Notes under the pieces: generated by a model
Database searches by the model: none
The model's input: only the letters and a program-made list of their open reading frames with translations
What the model was told of the DNA's origin: nothing
NCBI GenBank assembly: GCA_965202585.1
Contig: OZ241828.1
Span: forward strand, 39,742,001 to 39,806,000
Length of the DNA: 64,000 nt
Direction of reading: 5' to 3'
DNA from: Thalia democratica
Taxonomy: Eukaryota
Program-made: the position numbers and the translations under genes
In this document: in pieces, positions 1 through 13,813 of the stretch
How the letters are laid out: each line of letters opens with the position of its first letter
Position numbering within the stretch: position 1 is the stretch's first letter

Positions 1-666
1 CTTTAAATTTTTTGACATAAATAAGCATGAAAATGAATAAAGTCTATACATTAAAAAAACATTTATATAAATTATTAGTATTAAAAGATCCAAACTGAAA
101 CTTCTCATAGAAATAAAAGTTTTACTTATGAGGATACGGATGTGGTGAATAAAATAAACAAATACAAGAATTACACTTAGTAAATGTGTTTCAAAATTAA
201 ACTAATACTTTTAAAATGTAACACGTTTTATCAATATAACAAAAAAAAATACCAAGTTTTAAAAGAAAACATTTATAAGCAATATATTTTCTAAGCGCTT
301 GTAAAAATATGAATACATTGTCTTTTAATTTAAAGATCATTGTAATTTATTAAATCAAATAGATGAAATTGCAAGAGTTAAGAAAATTAAAAACTTACTA
401 ATTTTTTTTGTTTAATTGAAAGTTTTATAAAAGTTTAATTTTCGTTTTATAACAATAATAAATGAGTTGTCTTTATAACATTGACTAACCTTTTCTGTCT
501 GCACTAAAGTTTTTGATAACGTAAAATGAGCATTAGAACGGGTGATCAAGTTGTAGTTTATTAAGGTTTAATATGAAGTAGTAATAATTATAAAACTTTA
601 GGTTGTAAAACATATAAATTTTTATAAGAGTTAAAAGTTAAATCAAAATGAAACAAATCAAAAAAC

Positions 667-2414
667 CTCCATTGCTACTTCATAATGATTAGAAGAAAAA
701 TTGAAGACAAGATCTGAAGGAATACGGTTGGACTGAAAACTTATTGAAACAGAGACTTCATTTGGTAACAAAGTAGTTGGAATTTTAATAGTCTTGTTAT
801 TAGAACAAGTTTTTATTATTCCTGGATCAAAGCGTTCCAAAAACAATGTGATTCCCATTTCATCTTAAAGAAATATTAATTTTACAATGTTTATTTAGCT
901 ATTTCACTAGTCTAAATATTAGCAGTGGGCAATTTTTTAGTGGGCAGGACACATTAACTAAAAAAGTTAAATTCCGTATAATTAACAAAAAAAATTACTG
1001 TTAAAATTGAAAAAAAAAATTAAAAGCACTAGTTTGATGGAAAAATTATTTAACAGACACTACTGTGTACTGAAAATTAAATTAAGAGTTCATTTCTAAC
1101 TTATTTGAAATAGAAAGCCTAATTTTATTATCTACTTCTAATGTAGTTTTGAATAAAAAATAATTGGTAGGCCAGAAACTTTTTATTTTTAGTTTAAACT
1201 TTAATTCCTAAGTTGCACAGGAAATAAAGTGTTTCCTATTTTAATTAAATAAATAACTTACCATGATCAACACTAACAGTACCAATGAGAAAGCCTTGAA
1301 AATAAACTTGATTTTTTGAGGAATTTTGATAACGAACAGCATGTTTGTGGGCCAATCTAACACATTGCTCAGTGCAAATAACACAAGCAGGACGGGCATA
1401 CTGAGGTCCAACATTTATTACTTCACCTATTGGTCGCTGGTCCCTAAAAGTTATTATATATATTTGTTTTTATATAAAATTACTGAAATTAATTTATTTA
1501 AGATGTTTGTATTGATATTTACTCAGCCATCCTTTTGTACAAGTGTTATGTACAACTTTAATATAACTAACAAATAAAATTCATTAAAAGACCATAAAAG
1601 GGGTAAATCTTTTTTTACAACTTGATCCTATTTTGAAGAGTTTTAATTAGCTACAAACCGCTTTTTACAGCTTTTTATTATTCAAAGAACTTTTGATATA
1701 TAGCTGGTTAAAGTCGTAGAAGTATGGCCCTAACTATTTTCTTTTCAGAATAGTTTTCAAAATATTTTTTTAAATTTTTTAAACAAAAACTAAGTATTGA
1801 AAGCTATTCTGGTTCTAAAAACCTCTTAAATATGAAGGCTTTATATCTTGTATTGCTTAATATATACAAATTAGCTTGTTTAAATTAACAGTTTAATATA
1901 TCAGAGTAACTGATCGTGCCACTACATATATAACAAATAGAATAACTGGTAAAAACTAAATCTAATAATCAAAAGCTTCAATATTATAATTGCACAACAT
2001 AAATATCATACCTTAAACTAATGTAAATTTAGTAGTTACAAATACTATGGTTTCATACACTTTGATTTACTAAAAAAAAATTCAGAACCAGTAGATTTAT
2101 AGAACCCTTATTTACAGTGGCTACAACAAAATTATAATTGGATAAAACATTATAGCCAAAAACAATAATTTTTCAGTATTTATTTGATACTGTTAGTGAT
2201 AAATATTAAACTGTACTTTTAACAACTGAACAGTTGAATATATTTCAATTTAACAAAAAATACATTTCAAAGCTAAAGGCTTCTTTTTTTCTAAAACAAA
2301 TTGTACTAACCACAAGGATACCTCAGTTAAAGGGAAACTTAATTGGCTCATTAGTGAAGAATTCTGTGTTACTTTGTTACCACTCATCATCGGTTGCTTT
2401 TCAAGAAAACTCAT
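667..2414 (-). CDS. STIL: STIL (SCL/TAL1-interrupting locus) homolog, N-terminal three coding exons; gene continues off the left edge
   Basis: Exons 2414-2311, 1443-1262, 863-667 join in phase (2,1) with GT/AG ends. Translation MSFLEK...QLSFPLTEVSLWDQRPIGEV...VICTEQCVRLAHKHA...GFLIGTVSVDHDEMGITLFLERFDPG...PTTLLPNEV matches the STIL N-terminal pattern (LW.P.P.G; TEK.IRLAYRHA; FLLGSL..D.DEEGVTL..DRFDPG). The 3' end of exon 3 (GAG|GTTTTT) is inferred. Confidence 0.85.
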
Positions 2415-4547
2415 TTTTTAAATAACACTTAAAATGTTTTAGTAGTACATGTCTGATGAAAAGGTAATGATTAAAACTAATTAGATTTCTGATATAGTTC
2501 AAAAACATATAAACTTTTGAAACTAGTTTATTTTATATTTCATAGCACAGATAATATACAGTTATTTGTCTTAACTATCAAAACTGCTCGATTTACTGAA
2601 GTTTAAAGAGCTTATTAAAACAAAATAAATAATTAAGGCTTTAAATAACACTATAAATAAGCAACATTGTTATGTGCAGTTTACTATTTTATTGTACTTG
2701 AAAAGGTCGTAATTTTTTTCCACCAAGACCTGGTAATAAATAAAATATTTAATTTGCCCATTTTTAATTTTATTTAACGCAGATATTAAAATACATTTGG
2801 TTATTTAACCAAACTTAGGTTAAAACTTGGCTAAAACTCATATTTAAGTATTTAGGCTCCAGGTTTTGGTCTAATGTTTCCATTGAAATTTCAGAAAACC
2901 TTTAAATGCTTTTGTATAAATTTTTTGTGGTATCACTAAAATGTGTAGTTTGGAATTCTTTCGATTGTATGTTGTTTCAATTTTTATATTTTGTGTAAAT
3001 CATATAATTTTAGTTTAGAGTTTTTTTGAGTTCATAAAAAAAAATTTTTATATATTTGTTTATTAGTAAAGTGCATAATGGTGTTTAACTATCTTTTTTT
3101 TTAACTTGATCTTTTGTCAGAGAGTTTTAAATAATCTACAAATAGCTTTTTACAGATTTTTAAAAACCAAACTAATTTTTGTTGCTTAGCTTGTTAAATT
3201 TGAAGTGTACAATAGGTTTGTTAAGGGAGAAGAAAACTAAAATAGTAAATAAATATAACTCACTAAAAATCTATCTCCTCCTATGTTTTTTATACAAATA
3301 AATACCTTTAAATTTCATTAATTGTTTCTTGCAATAATTAGATAAACCTATATTAAAGACTTCTTAAAAAATTGAAAATTAAAAAACTTAAGACAATTTA
3401 TTTTTTAATTAATTTAAGACAGTTTATCAAAAAAATGAAAAATATTCTTAGTCAAAACTTTAAAAATTCCTCAATGGATGTTTTTATAAATACTGCAAGT
3501 AACATTTCCTAAAAAATGTAGGTATTTATCTAAAAATCATAGGAGTAGATAGATTTTTACAAATTTATATTTATCATTTTAGTTTTATCATCCCATAACA
3601 AACCTATTGTGCTCTCCAACTTTAACCAGCTATATTTTCATATAATTTAATTTTTTGTTAAATTTAAGTTATTATGTATACTAGCAAAAGTTGGGTGAAC
3701 CTTTTTAAATAACAATCTGTTTTTCCGGACAATGATTTACAATATTTTGATAGCATTTTATTAGTTTCAACTTTATTTTTAACAGCTGATTGTGGGTTAA
3801 CTTGGGGAGGCAGCAATCACTCAGTATACTTTTTAGTTGCAGCATCTGTAGATACTTACTTGAGGATTTGAATTTTTAAAACTTTCTGACATGTTTTTGT
3901 TTTTAATGTTAAGTTTCTAACCATGTGGGTGTTTGTCATAATTTACAAGTAATCAAAAGTTTTCAGTTAAGAAATAAAGCTTTTTTTTAACAAATAACTA
4001 TTGATCATTAAGAGTCAGGTTAATAAAATATTTGTTTCAGAAGAGGGTAAGTTGTAACTGATGTTTTTTCATTAAGATCAAAAAATGGTTGTACACTGCT
4101 TCTTTGCTAATCTGTTAACAAGCCTTCTTTTGTAAATAAGGCCAGATTAGCCTTTGGTAATAGCAATAAATATTTGAATATCTAGTAATGATGACCTAGA
4201 AAAAATCTAATTTGCTATTTACTGTACTACTTGTATTATATGTGTTCTACATGCACAAATATAAGTAGAACTTTGAAAGTTCTGACAAAAAAAATTATTG
4301 AACACTTTTAAAGAGATTAAAATAATTCACATTTACTTTATAAAAATATTTAATTTGTGAATGCAACTTATAAAACAAACTTTAAGTACATGATTTTTTA
4401 TATAGGTCTTCAATAACTTTGATCAAACATAAATTGAACAACTTTTTTTTTTAAAGCTTTTCATTTCAAGGGTATTATACACACTTTAACTTGCTTGGTA
4501 CTTTGTTACTTTGACTTAATTTAAATATTTTACTTTTAGTTACTTAA

Positions 4548-4665
4548 GTTTATTGAACAACAAAAAAAAAAGAGGCTTAAAACATTTGGTTTTAGGACTT
4601 GGTGCACAAAGAACCTTTTGGTTATCTAGTGCGAGTCGCTTACCTTTTAACGTCTTGTCCAGGAC
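4548..4665 (-). repeat. Copy of the ~120-nt structured dispersed element (internally deleted)
   Basis: Reverse complement reads GTCCTGGACAAGACGTTAAAAGGTAAG...GATAACCAAAAGGTTCTTTGTGCACCAAGTCC...TGTTCAATAAAC, matching the other copies. Confidence 0.85.
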
Positions 4666-5254
4666 TACAACTGGGCAAAGTCAAGACAGAGTTTTCTAAG
4701 TCCCTACCCCCATCAGGCAACAAAGTTACCAATACATTATTTGTTGAGATTGTAAACTTAAAAGTGTTTACGAAATGGTGTTCGAACTTAATTTTTAATT
4801 ACATCAAAACAAAGTTTTTTTAATTATCTAGTTTAGCATTTAAAGTTTTACTGGATATGAGTAAAAACATTTAATAACAATTAAACAGTCACACCCCAAT
4901 GATTTCTACTTCAAACAACATTTGTAGCATTTTGAAGTTGTTAACAGGTAAGCGGGTAAAGTCTATAGAAACACTAAACAACAAAACTTTAAAATAAAAT
5001 GTAGTTTATAAATTCAGAGTCAAATATTATTTTGAAAAGAGTCATAATTATTAGAATTATCTTCAAAAAAAGCATATAAAAGAGCCCTATATTATTAAGG
5101 ATATTTAAATATGTTTTGAATATCTTTAAAGAAAAACTGATTTGCCATGTACCATTCTTCACTGGTTTAATTAACTAGTAAAGTTAAATTAATAACAACT
5201 AAAAACTTTTTTTTAATTAAATACTACTTTAAAATCACTTTTAATAAATTTGTC

Positions 5255-5522
5255 TTAAGTACATTCATAAATCGATAACTGTATCTTCTAAAATCATTAT
5301 ATATTCAAGTTGAAGTGATGTATTTTAAATTATTGAATCGATAACAATTCGGATAAGAGTTTTTAAGAAATTGCTTAAAGCTTTAAGTACATGATTTAAA
5401 TACAATCATAAATCGATAACTGTATCTTCTAAAATCATTATATATTTAAGTTGAAGTGATGTAGTTTAAATTAAAGAGTCGATAACAATTCCGACATGAG
5501 TTTTTAAGAAATTGTTAAAAGC
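5255..5522. repeat. Two-copy tandem duplication, ~130-140 bp unit
   Basis: TTAAGTACA...CATAAATCGATAACTGTATCTTCTAAAATCATTATATAT...GTTGAAGTGATGTA...GATAACAATTC...GAGTTTTTAAGAAATTG occurs at ~5255 and ~5383. Confidence 0.85.
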
Positions 5523-7046
5523 ACAATTCAAAGGTTTAGTCTACCGTGCTTAGTATAGTAAAAATCATGACGTTATCGGTTTAACCATTAGTAAATAAAC
5601 TTTAGAAAATCTTAAAGCAAACCGATCAAATTATTATTCCTATAAATTCAGTTAGTTGAGATGAACAATAAACGTAAACATAGAATTCTGATGGCTTGTA
5701 ATTTTTAAGGTCAGTCTGGTTTGGATATTTGCTGAGTCAAAAAAAAAAGCTTTTTTTCATGTAATTTATATAACTGTTAAAATTTTATTTTTTTATTTAC
5801 TTTAGCATTTTTGGGTAAGGTGTGTAAAGTATAAGGGTATAAAAAAACTAATATAAGGCTTTAAAAAAACTTCCTAACTCAGCAAATATGCAATTTAGCC
5901 TGACTTTTAAGCAAACTTTTAAAGTCTGATTGTTATATGAAAGTAAAACTTCAGCCCAGTACCGAGTATAGCTACCAATTTCTTTATGTATAAAAGTTTA
6001 TTTATAAAAAAATAACTTGAGCTTTTTTGGTAATAAAGCTTATGACCTCGATGTGATTGTAGAAACGTTGATCCCTGATATAAAAGTTGTGCTTATAGTT
6101 TATGAACTATTAAGTAGTACAAGTCCAATAAATCATTTATAGGGAGAATAAATATAAGAAGTTAAAGGTTCTTTCTTACAAAAACATGTTTATAGTAGGC
6201 TACAATATAAACTTTATAACCGCTTAAATTTATAAAAATTTTACATAGCTTAAAAAATTACTTAAAATAACCAGTATTAGTTTTAACAATTTTAATAAAT
6301 TTTATTTGTAGTTATACTGTATGAAACGTATAAAAACTTGCTATTTTTATTTATTTATTAAATTTACAGAAAAGCATAGTATTTTTTTAAGAAAATTTAA
6401 CATGCTTTGTGACTGTTTAAGGTAATATACTTTTACTTAACAAAGTATAGTGTAATATTGAACTTTTGATAATAGAAGTTTTTTTTTGTAAGTTTCGTTT
6501 ATTAACAATTAGTTAATGTGATTACACATGCCTTATAAACAAAAAAAAATATTTATGTAAATAAGATAACGAGTCGTTCATCTTACATAGTTACATTCAA
6601 AAAAAACATTTACTCTGGTATTGTTAAATATATTGCTTGACAGTTTAAGCAAGTTAAATGTTGATATATTTTAAGTTAAACTAATAAAAACACTTTAAAT
6701 TTTGTTTTCATGTAGTCTGATAAGTAGCTTTTTATAACTGGAAATTCGTACCAATGTTCTTATTTACACTTTAATATTTAAAAGAAAAAATTGACCGCAA
6801 TTTTTAAAACAAAATAAAAACTTTTGACATCTAATAGCTTGATTAATGTCTACTTTAAAATTGAAAAGGAAGCAATTCCTTAGTATTTAAAATAAAGGCT
6901 AAAGTACGTACAACAGCACAATATGATCTAACTAGTAGAATAATATTTCGTATATTCTATGTTAAACTTTAAGTTAATAATGTATTTAAACAATATACTT
7001 GTTTATAATGGCAAAATAGTCTGAAGATAAAAAAATATTTTAATAC

Positions 7047-7156
7047 ATCCTAGACAAGACATTAAAAGGTATCCGTGGTGTGCGACTCGATAACCAAAAT
7101 ATTTTTCGCTCACCAGCTCCTAGGACTAAATATTTTGAGCGCCTTTTTTCAATAAA
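7047..7156 (+). repeat. Copy of the ~120-nt structured dispersed element
   Basis: TCCTAGACAAGACATTAAAAGGTATCCGTGGTGTGCGACTCGATAACC...CACCAGCTCCTAGGACTAAATATTTTGAGCGCC...AATAAA. Confidence 0.9.
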
Positions 7157-9212
7157 ATTAAAAATAGTAGTATCTTAAAAGTATAAATAGCCTAATCTAT
7201 ATTTTTAAAAAAGTTGAATTAGTTTCTTCTAGAAAAAAAAACAACATTGTGCAAATTCAATATTCTACTAAACTTTTTTTTTCTTAAAAAACCAAACTTA
7301 CTTGATAAAAAATAGTTTAATGTTAACAAAATATTAAGATCAAAAATTAACCAGTTGTAAGCTACTAAAAACTTTTCAAATGAAAATAAACTTTAGCTCC
7401 CTTTTATTTAAAAGGATCTGATATTTTGTTTTATGTGTTAGAAGAACAATATTTTTTTATGTAGTTTGTTTTACTCTTATTTTCTTAGTTTGTTGATCTG
7501 ATACTGTAAATTTTATTTAGCATAGAGAGTATTAAACCTTACAGTTACAAACACAATATTTTTTGTTCAAAAATGCAAATGTTTAATACTTTTTGTGCAC
7601 TTTTTTTACATTTGGAAGTTATTTTATAATTTTTAAATTAATTTTGTATCTACTTAGAATAAAACATTGAGACAATAACAAATAATAGCCACATATTTTT
7701 TTACTTTTTTTATTGTAGATAGGTCTTTTTAAAGATAAATCAAAATGTTTAGCGATCTGTTTTACAAAATTTAAGACCTATACTTATTATCTCTTTTAAT
7801 TAGTAAAGGTTAGTATAAAATAAACTAAGTTGCGGTTCAACTCAAAAACTTTAACACTATATTTTTTATCCGTTATAGTTTCGTTTCTTAGCTCATACAC
7901 ACGTGCTACCATAAAACTACAAATAAATTAACTTTAATGATAATATTACAGCAATAACTTTCTTCTTATAGTATTTTTTGTCGAAACAACCTATGACAAG
8001 TTTGTAAAACTGAATTATATTTACAACTATTCCAATTACTTTCATTACTCTTTGTATGTTTGCTGTCTCGCACTTAATGTTTCTTAATGTAATACTTAAC
8101 TCAGTGAAGTTTAACACATTGAAGTTTGATTTAGTTACCAGTACTCCAAGGATTTACAGTATGCTTATGGAATATTAAAATATCTAAAATCTTTACAAGT
8201 CATTCCAGAAGTTCCATTTGTTGTCACATAAACTGATTTTTGTTTTATTAGTTTTTTGTTGAATGTTATCATTTTACTGGTGTGGGTTTAGTATGTCTAA
8301 CCTGTTGTTGTGCTTTGCATTGTGACAAAAAATATATAAAAGTTTGGGAACGCGCAACAAAATAGTATTCCTAGCTTAGCAGTATCTGTTACATCAGTGC
8401 TCTCATAAATACTGGTTGACAAATGTTCTGAAGTTTCAATAAACTAATTTTGCCTGCTTTCGCCGAATCAAACTTTTTTTTTTTTAAATGCGAGCATTAA
8501 AAATAGTTGCTACTAATATGGAAAAACAATGCTTTAGTTCAGCTTTTTCATACAAACTTTTGAAAGCATATGATTTCTATTTTTTCTTCAATTAGTTTTT
8601 TTACCATACAGTTTGTCTCGGTAAACTTTACAGTTCTGTTTAAATTTACTTAAAATACTAATTTGCAGTTTTTAGATTATTTTTTTTACTGTGCTGTTAA
8701 TGTTTTGTAAAAAAATAATGGCAAAATAAAACTTTGATTGCTCATTTCTTTTTTGATATTGTCGCTTTACGTTATATTAACTTTCAACTCATGCAATTTA
8801 GCTACATACAAAACAAAATTGTGTACTGATAAAAAAATTATTTAGTGCTTAATAAAAAAGGTTTGAGTCTTAGTTATATCGGTAAGAATAGTATTATCAT
8901 CGGAACAGATTTAGTTCTCTTTTTTTTTGTTGCAAAATAATATTTATTAAAAAAAAAATAATTTTGTTTTAGAATACAAAGTAATTTATTGGAATTAGTA
9001 AAACGTTTATTTTTGTTTTATTAATATAATAAACACAATATTAATCTTTTTTTTCAGTTACATTCACATCTTTTACATTACAATAAATGTAAATAACTAA
9101 AGTAATGAATTAATTAGTGTTGATGCTTTAAATAATGAAAGTTTAGTAACAAAGAGAGTTTAATAGTTGATTTTAATTAAGTTAAACAATTTAAATAAAA
9201 AAATTAAACACT

Positions 9213-9329
9213 GTCTTGGACAAGACGTTAAAAGATATCCGTAGTATGTGACCCGATAACCGAAAAGTTCTTCGTACACCAGGTCCTACAACCAAATATT
9301 TTGAGCGTCTTTTTTATCGTTCGATAAAC
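9213..9329 (+). repeat. Copy of the ~120-nt structured dispersed element
   Basis: GTCTTGGACAAGACGTTAAAAGATATCCGTAG...GATAACCGAAAAGTTCTTCGTACACCAGGTCC...ATATTTTGAGCGTCTT...CGTTCGATAAAC. Confidence 0.9.
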
Positions 9330-9900
9330 TATATGTACTGTTATATGTTTGTGAAGTTAGCCTAACGTAGTTGATAATGTTAAACTCGTTGTCAACTATA
9401 ATATAAAACATTTTCAAAACGTCCTCTTTAATGGGGTATAAAAACAAGCAATTAAAACTAACCTTGCATATTAGATAAAAATTAAAACACATTTTACTTT
9501 GTAATGCATGAGTTTATAAACTGGAAATTACGAACATTATCTTTTAGTTCTTAGTTTAGCTATAGTTTTTAATTCACCTACAGATAAAAAGTACCAAGTT
9601 ATTAATAATCAAAATAGAAACTTGAGAATAACAAATAAAATTAGCGTCCAAGACAACTAGCCAAGATTATCAAAAAAAGATATGAATTGTAAAAGATAAC
9701 TGTTGTATTAACTTTTACTTAGATATTTTAATTTTGTTGATTTTTTATAACTAAAGCATACTACTTTGAGGGTTGTAATGATATATTTTTGTAGTTTTTC
9801 TGTCTAAGGTTATAATTCGTTTATATGTCTCTTTTTTTTCTTAAAAATTTTTGTTTTATTTTTAAAGTTTAAATCTTTGAACTTAAAAACATAATACTTG

Positions 9901-10018
9901 TTAGCTCGTAGTAGATTGTGAAAGTATGTGGTATACGACTCGATAACCAAAAGGTTCTTTCGGACACCAGGCCCTTAGACTAAACTTTATAAGCGCTTTG
10001 CTTTATCGTTCAATAGAC
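9901..10018 (+). repeat. Copy of the ~120-nt structured dispersed element (variant with TTAGCTCGTA 5' end)
   Basis: GGTATACGACTCGATAACCAAAAGGTTCTTTCGGACACCAGGCCCTTAGAC...TATCGTTCAATAGAC; the 5' part is shared with the copy at 32447. Confidence 0.85.
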
Positions 10019-10509
10019 ATTAATGTTCAAGATTTGTGGTCTACTGGATCCAGGATCAGGATGCAGTGGAATCTTGATTTCAAAAACAGATCAGTAATTT
10101 AAAAAAAAAAGGTTTCCGGACAGATCCTGATCAAATAAGTTAAGCTAAGCAACTTTTATTTATATTTTATCAAAGCAAAAGTGTTTATTTTAAAAACGAA
10201 ATCAATTTTTAACAAAACTCTCCATGAAAAGAAACACGTAAATCTTAATTTATAAAAATTCCATAGTATTGGTACTTTTACAGTTTGTATTTTTTGTGTA
10301 TTGTAGATTTTGTTTTTTGCGGCTGTAAAGTTACGAACATTTTCAAAGAAAAATTCAAATGTACATTTTTTACTTGCACTTTACTAGCTTATGTATACCT
10401 TTATTTGATGAATAAAAAATATTAACTTACTGATACATAATCGTTTTTTTATGACACGCTAGTCTTATTTTTTCTATAAAGTTTTAAATTTTCATAATAA
10501 ATTAAAATT

Positions 10510-10810
10510 GGCAAAATATCCGCATTTACTAATAAGTCCTGTTCTGAAATTACCTAATACTTTTACACCTGCAAATGGTATTCCTAATTTTTCCATATTA
10601 CATCAAATATAGATTTTTTATATTTCATTTACAGGGATTTTCTGTAGGATCTCCAATTTTAATTTTCTTTAAATATCATTCTCATTTAAGTTTGCAATGT
10701 TGGTATAAGAAGTTAGTTTACTTTCTTAATTTTTTTTAATCGTGAAACTAAGCATAAGTTTATTGAATATACTTTTGAGATTCATTGCTGTTGAACCAAT
10801 GTAATTCATA
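10510..10810 (-). mobile_element. Degenerate Penelope-like element (GIY-YIG endonuclease remnant)
   Basis: Minus-strand translation NYIGSTAMNLKSIFNKLMLSF...LEILQK...CNMEKLGI...NFRTGLISKCGY with stops. This parallels the PLE pattern YIGST..FK.RY.NH..SF...W.IL...C.LC..EK...LN.R.EL.SKCRH. Confidence 0.65.
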
Positions 10811-10994
10811 TTTCACATTTCTGGGTAATTAAAGCTTAGTAATGTGAGGTATTTACCTTTTAGTAGGTAAATCTTTTTTATTAAAAGAAAATCAATGTTT
10901 TATTTATACAAAATAAAATTTTATTTCACTTCTATTCAGTTTTTTTATCTAGTGTCTTATTGATTAACTTGGAAATTTCATATTTTGAATTAAG

Positions 10995-11075
10995 CAATTT
11001 ACGCTCAGTTTCAACCCGCGCACAATTTACACCCGAACAATTCCAACCAGCAAAGTTCCACCCAATCAATTCAAG
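10995..11075. repeat. Degenerate short direct-repeat array (CAATTYMACCCG-like units)
   Basis: About 5-6 imperfect units (caatttacgct, cagtttcaacccgcg, caatttacacccgaa, caattccaaccag, caaagttccaccc); architecture resembles the 29603 insertion. Confidence 0.5.
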
Positions 11076-13813
11076 GTAAAAAAAAGACTTAAGAAAAAAA
11101 AATTTATGAGAAAAAAGTTACTGACCAACGTTAAGGATAAGGGGTAACAAAATTAGTAAAAAGAAAGAAAAAATTATCATAATGAAAAAAGAAACTATTG
11201 CTTGGAATTTGATCGGTTTGACTAAATTTGACATACATGCAAGAACTTTCTTTAAGGAAACAATTTAGTTTTAAAAAAGAAATTGTTACACAGTTTACGC
11301 TCTTTTTAATTTATTTCAAACCTCTCCATTAAAGGTTAAATCGCATTCTTAAACCTATTACAAATCTGTACTAACTGATAATTGATTAACAAAAAAATGT
11401 TTATCTAGTTTAAATGTTTTTTATTACACATTTAAAGCCGCGTGGACTTTGCTGGCAAAACAGAAACCTCTGACATACTACGTATTTTTAGCTTGAAAGC
11501 AACTTGTGTAAAACAAATAATATTGAGCTTTGATATGTGCTCTTTGACTGTGCCACTAATTCGATTTTTCGGTGCAAGTTGATGTTTCGTTTTTAAAAAA
11601 GCAATATTTGAACACAAATTTGAGTTTAAACAATTTAAAATAGCTGAACAGTATTCCAAAACTGCGTGGTCCACCAACAATTACTTTCTAAGATGTCAAG
11701 CCCGCAAAAGACATTTTTAATAAATTTGGCCTGTCGACTAAGTAATATTTCTACCCATATTATATAAGTAAATTTAAAAACAAAGTAAAACTATGTATTT
11801 AATTTTGAACTAACTCGATCCGGCCAGATCTTGATTTGAAAAAGATCCAGACACTACATAACTGTTTTGAAGCAAAGTTTTACTTTAGTACGGTTCTTAT
11901 CTTTTTTGAAATCGGTTCAATAAACGAAAAAGCTCTGTTTATGACTCTACTATGTTCAAGCACAAAAGTGTACCATCCAATTTTTATATACCGAAACCCT
12001 TATTTCTCAACAGTACATAAAAAAAATCTTTAAATAGATCAGTTTATTAGTTTTCTTATTAATAAGTTTTAATGTGCTAAGTTATGTTGCAACAATTTTA
12101 TAGTCTTGGTTATAATTAATTTTAACGTTTTTTTTTAAATAATTTGCAGTATTTGTTAACTACTTCACATATAATTTTAGTTGTCTTAAAAAGGACACGT
12201 AGTATAATAAGAATGTGAATAAACTTAAAGGGATAGTGTGAACTCTCATACCCGTTTTGATTTAAAATATCATTAAAATTTGAAACACTAGTCGGATCTA
12301 AACTCATTTTAAATGGAGCTTTTTAAAACGGCAAATTATTAAAAAAACACAAAGAATAAAACTGTTAAATGAATAGGTGCACGACATTCCGAATTCTTAG
12401 AAAAAAAATTGGAAGGGTCACAACTAAAAAAGTAATGTTTATTTGTCAAATATAAAAAATACATATGTAGGTCCTATTAATATCTACAAGCCATTTTTCA
12501 TTTTTGCAAAACATCAAATATTTTTTGAGATATGGCGTAAATAAAGTAAAAAATAGAGTTACTTTTAGTAAATTTAAAATACCTTGAAAAATATTTAAGA
12601 TTAAACAAAAAAGTGGCTTGTAGATACTAATAAGATCTGCACATTTATTTTTATATATTTCATATTTATATTACTTTTCGAGATAGTCTTTTAAATATTT
12701 TATTAAGAATTTGAATTGTCGGAATTTGAGTTGTCCGAATTTGAATTGTTATGTAAACAAAATGATTACTACACAAAATCTATATACGATAAGAAGCTAA
12801 CAAAAATACAATAAAGGTTCAAAAGTTTACTAAACTTTTAGTTTGCTGATATTAAAACGGGAAATCAAAATTTTGATGTGTTTGAACTGATTGGTTTCGT
12901 GCTGAATACAATGGAGTTTTAGCATAACGCTTTACTAAACTAGCTTTCTTTCGAAAAGTTATTGTTCGTTTTGTATAAATATGTACTAAGAAAATTATTG
13001 ATTTTAAAGACATACTTATTTGCTTTTACTTTTACCTATTTACGAAAACGTCAAATTTTTTCTATTTACTCAAGTAAAAATTAATTTTAATATATACCAT
13101 AATAAACTTAAAATAAAACAGTGTATTCTACTACATACTAACCTTACCGTTACTTGATCAATCAGCAAAGTTTATAGTCGTTTAAAAAATAATTGATAGT
13201 ATTTCGACTAGAATTTACTGCATAGGAAAGCTGCAATACTAAGGTCATAATTTATACTAAAAAGTGATTTTTTTTAAATTAGGAACATATTAATTTTTGA
13301 AGATCTAAATACTTCTGTAACTAATGAAATTAATTTTTTTAAGGTCAACACCCACAATTAAAAGGTACAGAGGGTTATGATAATTTATATTGTTTAAGGA
13401 ATGAGGATATTTAAGAGAAAGTTTTAAAATATATTATTCAACAATTACTTATACAAACTAAGAATAAAATTATCTAGATAATAATTAAATTAATGTAATG
13501 GCAGTTGTACCAAAATCAAAGCTTTATTAACGTATCACCACTTAAAAAATAAAATCATCCAATAACATAAATAACTAAGTTTATTGGCTATATGCATATT
13601 AAACAGACACACATACATTCTAACATAATTTTTAGTTAAAAAATTCATAAAATACATCTAACGTTAACATAAAAAACAAGATATAGTTAAAACTTATTTC
13701 CAGGTAAGTATAAATAACGAAGTGGTTTTCTTTCCAAAGCACAAAAATTGATAAATATATTTCTTACAACCCATTATGTTAAACACTGACGTGCTCGTAT
13801 AGCACACTAAAAT

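Noticed and set aside
9213-9329. tRNA-derived SINE interpretation of the 120-nt element (minus-strand TGGTGTA and GGTTATCGAGTC resemble A and B boxes)
   Set aside because: The B-box-like motif has a conserved 2-nt insertion, the spacing to the A-box-like motif (~20 nt) is too short, and no cloverleaf forms. An HDV-like fold was also tried and failed because P1 and P3 would compete for the same bases.
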